DNA from: an uncultured virus (IMG/VR IMGVR_UViG_3300010970_000163)
Taxonomy: Duplodnaviria > Heunggongvirae > Uroviricota > Caudoviricetes
Length of the DNA: 64,000 nt
IMG/VR virus record: IMGVR_UViG_3300010970_000163
Strand: one strand, 5' to 3'
Part shown: positions 1 to 11,900 of the stretch, in pieces
How the letters are laid out: each line of letters starts with the position of its first letter
How positions within the stretch are numbered: position 1 is the stretch's first letter
Notes under the pieces: generated by a model
Databases searched by the model: none
The model's input: the letters and a program-made list of their open reading frames with translations, nothing else
What the model was told of the DNA's origin: nothing
Translations under genes and position numbers: made by a program

Positions 1-2
1 AA

Positions 3-3000
3 GAGTACGATAAGTTAGAAGAGGGTTGGGCTAATGATGACACGGTAACCATACCGTTCAAGAACGAGACCTCAGGACCTGCAATAAGCAACTCTGAGAG
101 AAACTACGACTTAATACCTCAAGTTGCAAAAGCAATTGAATATTTACCCTCTAATGAGTTCGCGATAGCTAATTATGTGGAGGGTTATGACAAGATAGAG
201 GTGAGTAATGGTGATTTTCAGTTTACTATTGACAGGTACGCAATAGAAGATACAGCATTTACAGTTCCTGAATGCAGATATTTTTTAATTTATAATACAG
301 CTGAACCAACAACAGGCAATCACACAAGTATTATATCATTTGCTGGAATTGATAATATATTTAAATATAGATATCAACCAGGTGATGTTTTGATCTTTCA
401 ATTTAGAAAATATGAGGCTGTTTATATTAGTAATCAAATATTATCATTACCTACTATTTATTACACTATTCCTGCAATAGATCCTGTTCTTTATCCTACT
501 GATCAAATTAAAAACACGTATTTATGTGATGATTTTATTAACTACTTAGCTTCACAAGGTATAGACAGTACTCTCGCTCCTTCAGGATCTTACTCTTATG
601 ACGGGTTAACAATAAATTATGATACTGTTAGATTGACTAATCTCATATGGTTTGATCTAACCGAAGCTCAAATTGCATCAACAAATACAAATAGTCTAGA
701 AAGAGAGATTATATATTTAAGAAAAAACAAGGCGATTAGAACATTTAAAACAGGAGCTACACACGAATTTGGTATTCAATATTACGACAGAGGGAATAGA
801 GACGGAACTGTTGTTACAATTCCTGTAGGAGAAGTGTACAATCCTTTTAACACAGATTTTACCAACAACCAATTAAACACCCCAATAGGATTTGACAAGC
901 AACCGTATTACACAAATATGAGTTTAGAAATATTTGATGGATTTCAGCCACCAGAATGGGCTACAAACTATCAAATAGTTTACAAACCTTCAACAAATAT
1001 TGCTAATTTCCAACAGAGGTCTATTAAAAGAATAGAGTTTCTTTCTGACTCATCAGTAAATTTGGTATTAGATGATTTTTACAAGAATGAGAATGGTCAA
1101 TTCCCAGGGGCTTCTATAAACCAAACTCCATCTAAAGGTGATTTGGTTCGTTTTGTAAGAGAAAGAGCAATGTTTAATTCGGATAACACTACGCATCTAA
1201 TAACAGGATCTTCAGAAAGTCCTGCGTCAACAGTTGTATTTCAAAATGTTAATCAGCTTGATGTGTATTTTGCTTATTTTCTAGGTGATGATTCCGTTTC
1301 TTATCCAGGAGGAGCATTAGTAAACACGTCAAATAATATAACGCAATTATTTTCTGACGGATTAGAAATATTTCCACTTACAGATGAAGGGTATATTAAT
1401 GTTATTCAAGGTGGTGATTATATATTTAATTTAAATCTTGATGCTCGGATAAGAGCTACTGCGGCACTTAATTTACAAGATGCTTTATTGGAATTTTACT
1501 ATGAAATAAACGGATCAGGATCTACTCAGTTTGCAAGTTATACTTTTGATCCTTTGGGAGATGATTACGAGACATTTTCTTTGGATTATAATAACATTAT
1601 TTCATTAGCTACTAATGATCTTCTTACTATTTATGTTAAGTTTCAATACGATTCCATATCTCCATTCCCTGCGTATGTTGAATTAGATTTTCTTTCTTTA
1701 ACCATAAACGCCTCTTTAATTGACGCTAATTACGATAACTCTCATTATTACCCTAATTACGTAACGCAGGAAGATAATTTGATTCAAGAGTTAAATGTAT
1801 TGGCATATGATCCAGCAGGAGGGCCTAATGGAGAAGAAATTATAACGGTAAATTATTTTGACGCTAGTTTAATAGGTAGGTACTTGGTATATCAAGGATC
1901 TAATCCGAATAGACAATTAGTTTCTGGTGGATTTCAAGTAGAGATATATACTCCTAAAAAAGAAAATGAGAATGATCCTTGGTTTGAAACAGGAATAGAG
2001 TTTCCTGTTTTAAATCCTCACACTCCAAATCGTGTTCACGGTGGAGATACTAATCAAGNNNNNNNNNNNNNNNNNNNNNNNNNNNNNNNNNNNNNNNNNN
2101 NNNNNNNNNNNNNNNNNNNNNNNNNNNNNNNNNNNNNNNNNNNNNNNNNNNNNNNNNNNNNNNNNNNNNNNNNNNNNNNNNNNNNNNNNNNNNNNNNNNN
2201 NNNNNNNNNNNNNNNNNNNNNNNNNNNNNNNNNNNNNNNNNNNNNNNNNNNNNNNNNNNNNNNNNNNNNNNNNNNNNNNNNNNNNNNNNNNNNNNNNNNN
2301 NNNNNNNNNNNNNNNNNNNNNNNNNNNNNNNNNNNNNNNNNNNNNNNNNNNNNNNNNNNNNNNNNNNNNNNNNNNNNNNNNNNNNNNNNNNNNNNNNNNN
2401 NNNNNNNNNNNNNNNNNNNNNNNNNNNNNNNNNNNNNNNNNNNNNNNNNNNNNNNNNNNNNNNNNNNNNNNNNNNNNNNNNNNNNNNNNNNNNNNNNNNN
2501 NNNNNNNNNNNNNNNNNNNNNNNNNNNNNNNNNNNNNNNNNNNNNNNNNNNNNNNNNNNNNNNNNNNNNNNNNNNNNNNNNNNNNNNNNNNNNNNNNNNN
2601 NNNNNNNNNNNNNNNNNNNNNNNNNNNNNNNNNNNNNNNNNNNNNNNNNNNNNNNNNNNNNNNNNNNNNNNNNNNNNNNNNNNNNNNNNNNNNNNNNNNN
2701 NNNNNNNNNNNNNNNNNNNNNNNNNNNNNNNNNNNNNNNNNNNNNNNNNNNNNNNNNNNNNNNNNNNNNNNNNNNNNNNNNNNNNNNNNNNNNNNNNNNN
2801 NNNNNNNNNNNNNNNNNAGGTCTCAGAGAACTTACCAGTTCAAAATGAGATCCCTGTATTTGCTATGACTAAGCCAAATAAGATATTCTTAGTAGGAAAT
2901 TACACAAGTGTTCTTTCTGAAGGAGATGCGATTATTATTGATGGATCTACTAACCCTGAAAATAATGGAGCTTTTGTAATTGATACAATATCATTTAATT

Positions 3001-3662
3001 CAGGAACAGGAGCTACTGAGATACAAGTTGCCAATCCTCCAATAGGTTTTGATAATGAGACCGGAGAAGGCGTTGTGTTGTATTATTACGGGGAGTACAG
3101 CGAGTCAAATGGTGAAGGTCTTTCTTATTCATACGAGAGAAACAGATGGATTACTCGTCTTGATCACGGGGTGGCTTTTGCAACTCAACTAGGTAGTAGA
3201 GCTTACTCTACAGGCGGTGGAAACATATTTGATTTTGGAGAGTTGTTTGAAGAAAACTACGGAGGTGAATTAACTTTCTTAGGCACCTCAAGAACACAAC
3301 AGTTAGACTTTATTTTCAACGATAACCCAACTGTTGTTAAAAGATTCTATACCCACTTGCAACAGGCTAACTATCCATTTTACGTGGAGGTATCTGTGCC
3401 TGCTAATCAAACATATCCTACAGGTATGGCTAGTAATATCCCCTCAGCAGTTTTAAAAAATCAAGAAGGGTACTACGTTTCAAGATACTTCAGAGACTTA
3501 AACGATCCTGCTTTCACCTCTCCATTAGAGGCGAGAGTTAACGGTAGAGAGCTTAGAGGTTATGTCTTGAAACACGTTTTAACAAACTCTGATACAAGCG
3601 TTAAAAAAATTCTTATGAATGTAGGTGTTAACTTCGCGGCATCGGAACCAATAATACAGTAA
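3..3662 (+). CDS. Tail stabilisation/hub protein (P22 gp10-like, crAss-like type); 5'-truncated and interrupted by an N gap
   Basis: Frame is open from position 3 (NYDLIPQVAKAIEYLPSNEFAIANYVEGYD). It also has FKTGATHEFGIQYYDRGNR and a C-terminal NGRELRGY motif typical of crAss-like tail stabilisers. It would follow the ring proteins at the far end of the window. Gap 2059-2817, so frame continuity is unproven. Confidence 0.75.
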   Translation, partial: EYDKLEEGWANDDTVTIPFKNETSGPAISNSERNYDLIPQVAKAIEYLPSNEFAIANYVEGYDKIEVSNGDFQFTIDRYAIEDTAFTVPECRYFLIYNTAEPTTGNHTSIISFAGIDNIFKYRYQPGDVLIFQFRKYEAVYISNQILSLPTIYYTIPAIDPVLYPTDQIKNTYLCDDFINYLASQGIDSTLAPSGSYSYDGLTINYDTVRLTNLIWFDLTEAQIASTNTNSLEREIIYLRKNKAIRTFKTGATHEFGIQYYDRGNRDGTVVTIPVGEVYNPFNTDFTNNQLNTPIGFDKQPYYTNMSLEIFDGFQPPEWATNYQIVYKPSTNIANFQQRSIKRIEFLSDSSVNLVLDDFYKNENGQFPGASINQTPSKGDLVRFVRERAMFNSDNTTHLITGSSESPASTVVFQNVNQLDVYFAYFLGDDSVSYPGGALVNTSNNITQLFSDGLEIFPLTDEGYINVIQGGDYIFNLNLDARIRATAALNLQDALLEFYYEINGSGSTQFASYTFDPLGDDYETFSLDYNNIISLATNDLLTIYVKFQYDSISPFPAYVELDFLSLTINASLIDANYDNSHYYPNYVTQEDNLIQELNVLAYDPAGGPNGEEIITVNYFDASLIGRYLVYQGSNPNRQLVSGGFQVEIYTPKKENENDPWFETGIEFPVLNPHTPNRVHGGDTNQXXXXXXXXXXXXXXXXXXXXXXXXXXXXXXXXXXXXXXXXXXXXXXXXXXXXXXXXXXXXXXXXXXXXXXXXXXXXXXXXXXXXXXXXXXXXXXXXXXXXXXXXXXXXXXXXXXXXXXXXXXXXXXXXXXXXXXXXXXXXXXXXXXXXXXXXXXXXXXXXXXXXXXXXXXXXXXXXXXXXXXXXXXXXXXXXXXXXXXXXXXXXXXXXXXXXXXXXXXXXXXXXXXXXXXXXXXXXXXXXXXXXXXXXXXXXXXVSENLPVQNEIPVFAMTKPNKIFLVGNYTSVLSEGDAIIIDGSTNPENNGAFVIDTISFNSGTGATEIQVANPPIGFDNETGEGVVLYYYGEYSESNGEGLSYSYERNRWITRLDHGVAFATQLGSRAYSTGGGNIFDFGELFEENYGGELTFLGTSRTQQLDFIFNDNPTVVKRFYTHLQQANYPFYVEVSVPANQTYPTGMASNIPSAVLKNQEGYYVSRYFRDLNDPAFTSPLEARVNGRELRGYVLKHVLTNSDTSVKKILMNVGVNFAASEPIIQ
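2059..2817. other. Assembly gap (N run)
   Basis: 759 consecutive N bases. Confidence 1.
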
Positions 3663-3670
3663 TTTTTTTG

Positions 3671-3678
3671 TATATTTG
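3671..3678 (+). promoter_or_regulatory. Bacteroidota sigma-ABfr -7 box (TATATTTG)
   Basis: Matches TAnnTTTG, 20 nt upstream of the ATG at 3699. Confidence 0.6.
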
Positions 3679-3698
3679 AACTTTAAATTTATATTGAC

Positions 3699-4391
3699 AT
3701 GATCAGTTTAGCAGCATTAGGAGCAATACAAGCGGCAGGCCAGATAGGCTACGGTCTATATCAGCAAAAACAAGCTAAGGATCTTCAGAAGAAACTTGGT
3801 CCTCAGCCTACGTATGATTTTGACTTTGCTAAGAGAGGAGTTGCAGGTCAGTTAAACCTTGCTCAAGGCGAGATGCCTGGTGTTACTCAACAATTACAAG
3901 GCGTTAATCAGAACGTGGCAAACACTACTCAAAACATTCAGAACATGGCTCCTTCAGGAGCAGCAGGTCTTGGTGCTTTAGTTGGTGTAAATGCTAACGC
4001 TAATCAGTCATACGCAGATATTATCGGTCAGGGAGCTATGATGAAGCAAGGTCTTCTCCAAAACTATTTACAAGGTGTTGGGGGACTCCAAGGTTATGCA
4101 GACAAGGCTTTCGAAACCAACAAATTAATGCCGTATAGAGATCAAAGAGCTGAACTCTTACAGCTCCAAGAAGCAGGAACTCAAAATATCGGAGGTGGTA
4201 TAGCCTCAGGTTTTGACACTATCGGATCTTCAATTGCGGCTAATTCTGTAGGCAACTTAACTACTCAAGCTGTTACTCTTAGAGGGTTAAATCTAAGTGA
4301 GCAAGTAGTATTAGATGCGGTAAAAGGGTTGTCTCCAGACGATGCTACATATAAATTATACAAAACAGCTTACCCACAATACGTTAAATAA
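3699..4391 (+). CDS. Putative ejection/pilot internal virion protein
   Basis: Gly/Ala/Gln-rich with a hydrophobic N-terminus. First of three genes after the tail hub, as in podovirus ejection cassettes. Confidence 0.55.
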   Translation: MISLAALGAIQAAGQIGYGLYQQKQAKDLQKKLGPQPTYDFDFAKRGVAGQLNLAQGEMPGVTQQLQGVNQNVANTTQNIQNMAPSGAAGLGALVGVNANANQSYADIIGQGAMMKQGLLQNYLQGVGGLQGYADKAFETNKLMPYRDQRAELLQLQEAGTQNIGGGIASGFDTIGSSIAANSVGNLTTQAVTLRGLNLSEQVVLDAVKGLSPDDATYKLYKTAYPQYVK

Positions 4392-5878
4392 TGGCATTAG
4401 AAACAAACGCTAGAATACCGAGTCCGTACGTATATCAACCTGTTGATTTTGGTGGGAAAATAGACGCGGAAGCTGCTAATAAGGCTGCTGCTTTAAAGGC
4501 AGGCATACAGGCTAAAAAGGATTTAAAGACAAAGAATGATGCTGCTCTTGCTGTAAAACCAACTTGGACTACAGAAGGAGTTTTAAATGGTGCCATAGAA
4601 AATAAGGCAAATCAAATCCGTGATACGTACAGCAAAATGGCAGCAGCAGGTATTCCTATTTGGGATGCAACTACTCCAGAGGGATCGGCCTTTGCTGAAG
4701 AGATTGCTAGCCTCAATAAATTCTCTAATGAGATGAAGGGTTATGAGCAGAATATCAATGAGATCGAAGCTGTTAAAGGAGCTGATAACGATGCTTATAA
4801 TTATTATGTTGGTAAAATAGGAGAGGCTAAAGATCCAGCAGCTGTAGATGCAGTTGTCACTTCTTACAGAGAGAATAAAGATCTCCTAGCTAAGGCTCCT
4901 GATCTTCAAAAAGCCGTAGCTGCTACTGTGAATATCACAGCCAAAACCAGTGAAATAGTAGATATTACTAAACTTGGTAGATTTGATCAGGTAGAAATAA
5001 AAAAATCCATACCTGATGATAAGATAGCAGACGTATTTCAAGTGGCTAAAAATAGTGAAGCTTCTAAATTAGAAGAGAAATTGTATAATTTCAAACAGAA
5101 AAATGGAATACCAGATGCTGATTTTGATAAGTTCAATTCCTATGATGAATATTTAATGGATCAAGTTAAAGACCAAATAGCTTTAACCGCAAGTACTAGC
5201 CCTCAATTAAAGAGTCAATGGCAAATTAATATTAACAATAATGCAGGCGGCACTCAAACAACTCAGACAGGAAATCCAGTTTATGTATTCCCTGGTGATG
5301 CTAATAAGCAATATCAAGCTGTAGATTTAGCAGGAGTAATTCAAAAAGGGAATACAACGTATGTTCCAATTTCAGTAGATGCTTCTGTTCTTCAAGCCGT
5401 AGGTCAAACGTCAGATATGATACTTGACGAAAACAATAAGAGATATGTGAAATTGGATGAAATGTATAAATTCCAAGATAAAGATAGCCCAGCCGCAATT
5501 CAAAATATAAGTTGGGTTTGGTCTGACAAACAAGCTAAGGATAAAAATTGGAATCCAAAAGAAGGTAATTACAAAACACCTAGTGGGTTAGATGTAAAAG
5601 GCAAACCGTCAGAAGTGTTGTGGGATCAAGCTGGAAATGGGTGGTCTGCTATTGAAGATAGCCAAGGTAGAAAAACTTATGTTTTAATATACTCCACAAA
5701 AGATAAAGCTTATGGAGACCAAACACCTGCCTCTAACTCGGTTACAGCAAATGCCCAAGAATTTTTAGGTACATTTACAGATGCAGGTATCTTAAAACAA
5801 GATGTCTTAAAAAATCCAGCAGGATCTATTTTCAGTATTTTTGATAAACAACAGGGTTTAACAGCTAATGAGTTGTAA
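4391..5878 (+). CDS. Putative internal virion/ejection protein
   Basis: 495-aa ORF coupled to the previous gene (TAATG), lying between the pilot-like and giant proteins. Confidence 0.5.
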   Translation: MALETNARIPSPYVYQPVDFGGKIDAEAANKAAALKAGIQAKKDLKTKNDAALAVKPTWTTEGVLNGAIENKANQIRDTYSKMAAAGIPIWDATTPEGSAFAEEIASLNKFSNEMKGYEQNINEIEAVKGADNDAYNYYVGKIGEAKDPAAVDAVVTSYRENKDLLAKAPDLQKAVAATVNITAKTSEIVDITKLGRFDQVEIKKSIPDDKIADVFQVAKNSEASKLEEKLYNFKQKNGIPDADFDKFNSYDEYLMDQVKDQIALTASTSPQLKSQWQININNNAGGTQTTQTGNPVYVFPGDANKQYQAVDLAGVIQKGNTTYVPISVDASVLQAVGQTSDMILDENNKRYVKLDEMYKFQDKDSPAAIQNISWVWSDKQAKDKNWNPKEGNYKTPSGLDVKGKPSEVLWDQAGNGWSAIEDSQGRKTYVLIYSTKDKAYGDQTPASNSVTANAQEFLGTFTDAGILKQDVLKNPAGSIFSIFDKQQGLTANEL

Positions 5879-5906
5879 GAATAAGTAATAATTATTTTTT
5901 TCTTAT

Positions 5907-5914
5907 TATCTTTG
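5907..5914 (+). promoter_or_regulatory. Bacteroidota -7 promoter box (TATCTTTG)
   Basis: TAnnTTTG upstream of the giant gene. Confidence 0.55.
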
Positions 5915-5939
5915 TTAAACTATAAAAACAAGTTCACTA

Positions 5940-8900
5940 ATGGCTAGTACAAAAGATCTATACAACGATTTAAAGGGTAACCCACTTATTAAGATTAATG
6001 ACGATTACGAGACATTCAATCTAAAATTACAAGATGCGAATTACCTTAAAAAGTTAGAAAGTGCTTTAGCTTCTATTGGTGATGACATCAACGCCTACGA
6101 CATTCCTAAAAAAAAAAAGGATGGCGAGGTCGAATCATCTCAGCCTACAGAGCAGCCGTCAGCGACTACAGAGCCAACAGAGACGGCTGGTGTTAATGTA
6201 GATCCAGAGACAGGCCGTGAATTAGGTGCCGATGAGGCGTTTATCAAACAAGGTTATGAGGACCGTGGATCACATTGGTTCAATAAGACTACTGGTCAAA
6301 TTATATACAAGAAGAAGAAAGAGGTAAATCAGAAGCCTGAGATGCCTGTTACTGATTTACAGGCTCCTCCTGAAGCTCCTGAAATGCCTGAGACTCCAGA
6401 GCTTGTTGCTCCTGAGAAGCCTATTGAAGAGCAGGTATTAGAAACACAGGCAGCTCAAACTCCAAATACGGATGTTAACAACTTAGATAAAACTACTGTA
6501 GTAGGTAGTGTTATTTCTGAGCAAGAGCCAGATGCTAATAAAGCAAACAAGATTGTAACTGACGCTAACGCTGTTGCAGGAACTGCTCTCAAGAAGAAGA
6601 AGAGAGGCACAGATGCTAATAAAGCTATTATAACCTACTCTCCGAGTTCCGCAAGTGATATTGTATATGTGTCTGATGGAGACAAGGTTGTTTCTATGGA
6701 TAAGAGAAGTGATAAGTACTCAGATATTATTGCGACTAACCCATACACTGTTCAATTAAAAAACTCAGAGGCGTTTAAGGATCTCATTCAACTCCAAAAA
6801 GAAGGAAATAAACAAGGTTATCAAAACTATTTAGAGACGGCAGGAAATCCAGCTGCACAAGAAATTGCTGACCGTGCCTTCGGTGGTTTTACAAGTGAGC
6901 CTATAATGGAAACTACTATCATTAGTGGAAATAATCAAGATAGACCAACTCGCATCTCTAATAACCCGTTAAACAAATTAAAGCTAGATAACCTCTTCGG
7001 AGCTGCCGAGAACCTATGGAATAATATCATCAATAAAAATGTAGACAGACCTTGGCAAACAGAACAGGAGTATGATGCAGAGGATTTTATTACTAATGTT
7101 GATCCTAGTTTAAGTGAGGAAGAGAAGCAAGCACAACAACAGTTTGACGCTTCTATGTCTGAGGAAACCATGGTTCCAAAAGGTCCTAGACAATTATCTT
7201 TTCCTTCATATGTTCACACGAAAGAAGATAATGAAATCGTAACAGAACAAGAGCAGAAGCAAGAGGAGAAAAAGAGAAGAGCTACTATAGAATTTATTAC
7301 TACGAATCCAGAGACAGGAGAATTAGAGTTGGGTGATGTTAATGATTTAACAGAACTTGAAAGATATAATTTTTATAAAAATGGATCGAAAGTTTTCTTA
7401 CAGAAATGGGAAGAAGAGAAGGCGAAAGAAGTTAGATCTACAATGGAAAACGCTCAGGCTCTTGCAACGGGGAAGCCGGTGAAAATGTATAAAAGCGACT
7501 TTTTAAGTAATCCTGCAAATCAAGCTATTCATAATAAAATTAAAGATAGCAAGTTTGCTCCTAAAGAGGGAGGATCGGAATTAGAAATTTCTCTTGCTGA
7601 AATAAGCAATAAACAGGCTGATGCAGACTATAAAAATCTTCATCAGAACGGTTATAATAATGCGTACAGTACTGAGATAAGAACTCCATATGATATTCAA
7701 TCAGAGTTAGATAACATCGATAAGATTTTAGATGCTCAACCTAAGATGTCTTATGAAGAGAAGATGAAATTGTATAAGCAGAAGGAGAGCTTAAATCAGG
7801 CACTTCTAAATGTTTATGAGCAAAATATTAAAGACTACGCTACATATTTAAGAAATACAGGTCACGAAAAAGCAGCGGCTGATATGCTGTCTACTTATGA
7901 TTATTACAAGAGAAAGACTGGTGGTTTCCAAACGATGCCTGTAAAGGAATTAAGTGATGCCGACAAACGAGCTATCATGAATATCCGCAGTCAGGCTGTT
8001 AATACAACCATGCGTTATTTACAGACTAAGTATCAGACTCTCTCAAATAATGTTGACATAAATGCGTATCAGAAGTTATCTAAGAAACCATTAGAGCAAG
8101 TAGCTAAAGAATTTGAATTTCTTAAGTCTATCGGTGCTTTAGACGAGAATGGCAATATTAATCCATCTGCTAAGATTAAGCAGAGCGATCAAGTTAAGTT
8201 TAGTGATGCTATTCTTAAAATCAATTTAGCTAAAGATCAGATCGCAAGTGCAGCAGAGGCTACAGGAGCAACTCCAGAGAATATTAATGAATTAACTCGC
8301 CTTGGTCAGAAACTAGGTAATCTTCAGAATACAGAAACTTCATTCTATCAAAAGAATGCAATGGAGGATCTTAAAGAGGAGGATGAGAATGATAAAAGAA
8401 ACCAAAAGATAGCGGAAGATAGAATGAAGTCAGAGGACTTCTTTACGTCCTTCTTTTACACGGCATTATATGGAGGAACGAATTTATTTATCCCTGGTTT
8501 ATCAACTCTCATTAAGATTGGTAAAGTGCCTGATATCCTTGCTGATGCTTTAGGGGATGAGACTCAATTATTTGACCAATGGTCTGCATATATCGATGAG
8601 ATGATTAAGGATATGAATGCCTATCAACCTAAAGATATGACAGGTCTTTCTGGCACTCAAAAATTCTGGTTAAATACAACAGCAGGAATCAGTAATTTAG
8701 GAGCTTACGCTGTTTCAGGACTTGTAGGTGGACCTGCATTAACAACCCTAATTATGCTTTCGGATCAAACTGATGAAGCTAAAGCCAATGGATTGGATGA
8801 TGATGAGGCTGCGGCATGGGGTTTATTTACTTCAATGATTCTCGGAAGAATAAATCAATTAGTACCTGATTCTAAAAGCTTCTATGACGCTTTAAAACCT

Positions 8901-11900
8901 TCTACTAAAATTATATTGAAAGCATGGGCTAAAGGCAATTTAACTCGTCCCGAAGCAATGGGTATGTTAAGTAAAGCAATCCTTCCTAGTCTTGAAAAAC
9001 ACCTTAAGAGAACATTAGGAGAGACTGGAGAGGAAATGCTTGAAGAAATTGTCAATCAATTAGGAGGAATGGCTGGTAACTATGTATGGGATAACGCTTC
9101 ATTCAATAAAGATTTTGATCCTAACTCCATTATAGAAGCAGGTGAGAGTGCTGCTTCACTAACAACAGTTTTAGGAGTGTTTCAAAAAGGCGGCAAGAGA
9201 AGTGCAGTTGAACAGAATGTTTTATTAAGTTTTTCTCAAAATAAAAACTACATACTACGAAATGTATCTTCTAATTCTCAAGAAGAATTAAATGTATTAG
9301 ACAAACAATTAACAGAGCTTGAAGCTATGGAAGTTGGTTTACAGTCTATGCCGGGTTACACAGATTTGAGTAATGGAGAAAAAGCTGAAGTGCTATCTGA
9401 ATTATATAGAGCCGAAGCTATAGAGTTAGGTGCTAAGAACAGAGGTCTAGGTAAAAAAGATCCTGGATTTATTGAGGCAGAAAGAATCAGAGAAGAGGTA
9501 TTAAACTCTCTCAAAGCTCCTAAGAAAGGAGAGATACCAACACAACCAGAACTACAAAAACCAAAAACAAATGCCGTACAAGAGCCAAGCACAACAGAAG
9601 TTCTTCCAAGCCAACAAGGCGAAGTTAGAGAAACAGGGCGTAAACGTCAAGGAGTGGAACCAAGCGTCCAAGGGGAAGAAGTTGCCCAAGAAGGTGGGAA
9701 GAAAAAAGTAAATTCAACAGAAGAGTCTCAAGCCTATGTTGATAAATTAACTGAGGTTAAAAAGAACGATCCTGAAACTTACTGGTCAGTGAGTATCCCT
9801 GAGGTTGAGGATGTAGAAAACGGCACCATCATTACAAATGAAGATGGGCAGGCTGTTGTTGGAGAAGATGGTGATATTAAAGCTGTCTATAAGAACCCGG
9901 ATAGTGAGGCTAGACGTGTCTCTGACACTCTATTAAAAGAGGCTATTAAGGCAGGAGGTACTAAGTTAGATAACTTTGACATCTACCTCACTAAGCTATA
10001 TCTAGAAAACGGATTTAGAATTGTTTCTCGTCTTCCATTTAACGAGGAATTTGCTCCTGATGGATGGAATAAAAAGAAGCATGGTACTCCTGATGTAGTG
10101 GCCATGATCTACGATCCAGAGGGTAAGTTAGATATTGAGGAGAAGCAATTTACAAACGAGCAATACGATGAGGCAATAGCTTACCGTGATACTTATGTAG
10201 ACGCTCAAAAACAAGCTTATCCAAAGACTACTGAAACAGATACAGAAGCTAAAGCTCAAGAGGAAAGAAAGTCAACTGCTGATAAGATCAGAGGTCTAAA
10301 GAGTGAGGGTGGTAGAGCTTATAGTGCTGCTCTTGGTATTCCTATTGCCATTTGGGATGGTGCTGTTGAGCTTATTGCTACCTCTATAGAGGCTGGCGAG
10401 AGCTTTGTTAACGCAATAAACAAGGCAAAAGAATATCTTAAGCAACAATTGGGTGATGATTACAATGAAGATGTTGCTGAAGAGTTTATGGATGAGGTTA
10501 TTAACCAATCTCCTGTTCAATTAAACAATACAGATAAGGTTAAAGGAACTCCTGTAAAAGTAAATCCTGATGGTCATAACCTTTCTTTTGTAAAAGAAGA
10601 AGACTTGATTGATATCGATGCTTTAATTAAAGACATTGAGGCAAAAGGTGAAACCGTGTGGTTTTGGGTAGCCGATCAGTTAGGAAGAGGTTATTACATG
10701 GATTCGAAGACAGGAGAAAAGCATTATTTAGATGCAGGTCCTTCTTACGCTTTAGATCCTAAAAACAGAGAGAAGAATGTTATTTGGGCAAGTGGGGTTG
10801 AAGCAACAACATTAAACAAAAATATTGCCGCTGCAGATTATATATTTGTAATTAGCGGATCTGCCGATAAGAGTAAATTATTTAATAAGGCTGTTTTTCA
10901 AATTTTTCAAGATAAGATTGGTGATTACGACACATTTAAAAAAGAAGTGTTAGCGTCTAAAACAACCCAGGCAATTAAAGACGTGTTAGAAGCTCATGAT
11001 TCATGGGAAACTTTAATTGAAGATGCTTCAGTAGACAATCCAAAAACAGGAAAAGTAGGCACGGGTAGAAAGAAATTTTTAATTGAACTTGTTGAAGCTT
11101 ATAATAAACCTAATACTAATCTTCACAAAACATTAAAAGAAAGAAATGCTTTAATAAATGTTGATGAACTTAGAGATGGGTTTTACGCAGACAATAATTT
11201 TGATCAAAATGATATAATGCTTGTTTTAAAGCCTGAGAAATTAGGGGATAAATCAGAGCATTCAACATATGAAAATGATTTAATTGGTGAAGTTGTTGGG
11301 GTTCCTAATAAGAAGATAAACGCATATGATATTCTTCCTGATAATTTAAGAAAGGAAACGAATAAACAAAGAACAACGCAATCACAATCTATAGCTCCTT
11401 ATGGATCTGGAATACGAAACATTTCAGCATCTCAAAACATAGCACGTGGATTAAGAGAGGCTGCTGATTTAATTAGAAAAGGTAAGAGAGGCGGCCTTGC
11501 AATGAATCCTATTGATCCATTCTTAGAAGTTGTTGCTAAGGCTCTTGAGGCAGGTGCTTCTCTAACAGAGGCTATTGCAAAAGGTATAGAGGCATTCAAG
11601 AACTCTGACTTCTACAAGAACTTAACTGCTCAAGAGAAGAGTAAGGCTGTAAACGATCTTAAGAAGGCAATGGATGAGCAGATTGCTCCGACTATTGCTA
11701 ATCTTATCAACGAAGAAATGTTGAAGGGTAAGGGTGTTTACACAGCTTCACAAAATGTGAAGAAGGAGATGATTAAGGAAGGCGTAATTGACGAGGTAAC
11801 ATTTGATCGCATCGTTGGGAAGGCTGAAAAAATTGTTAAAGCACAGGCAGAACAGATGATAGTAGACGCTACAGATAAAGCTGTGGAGGACATTAGATCA

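Noticed and set aside
2032..2868. 278-aa ORF in the track
   Set aside because: Artefact of the N gap.
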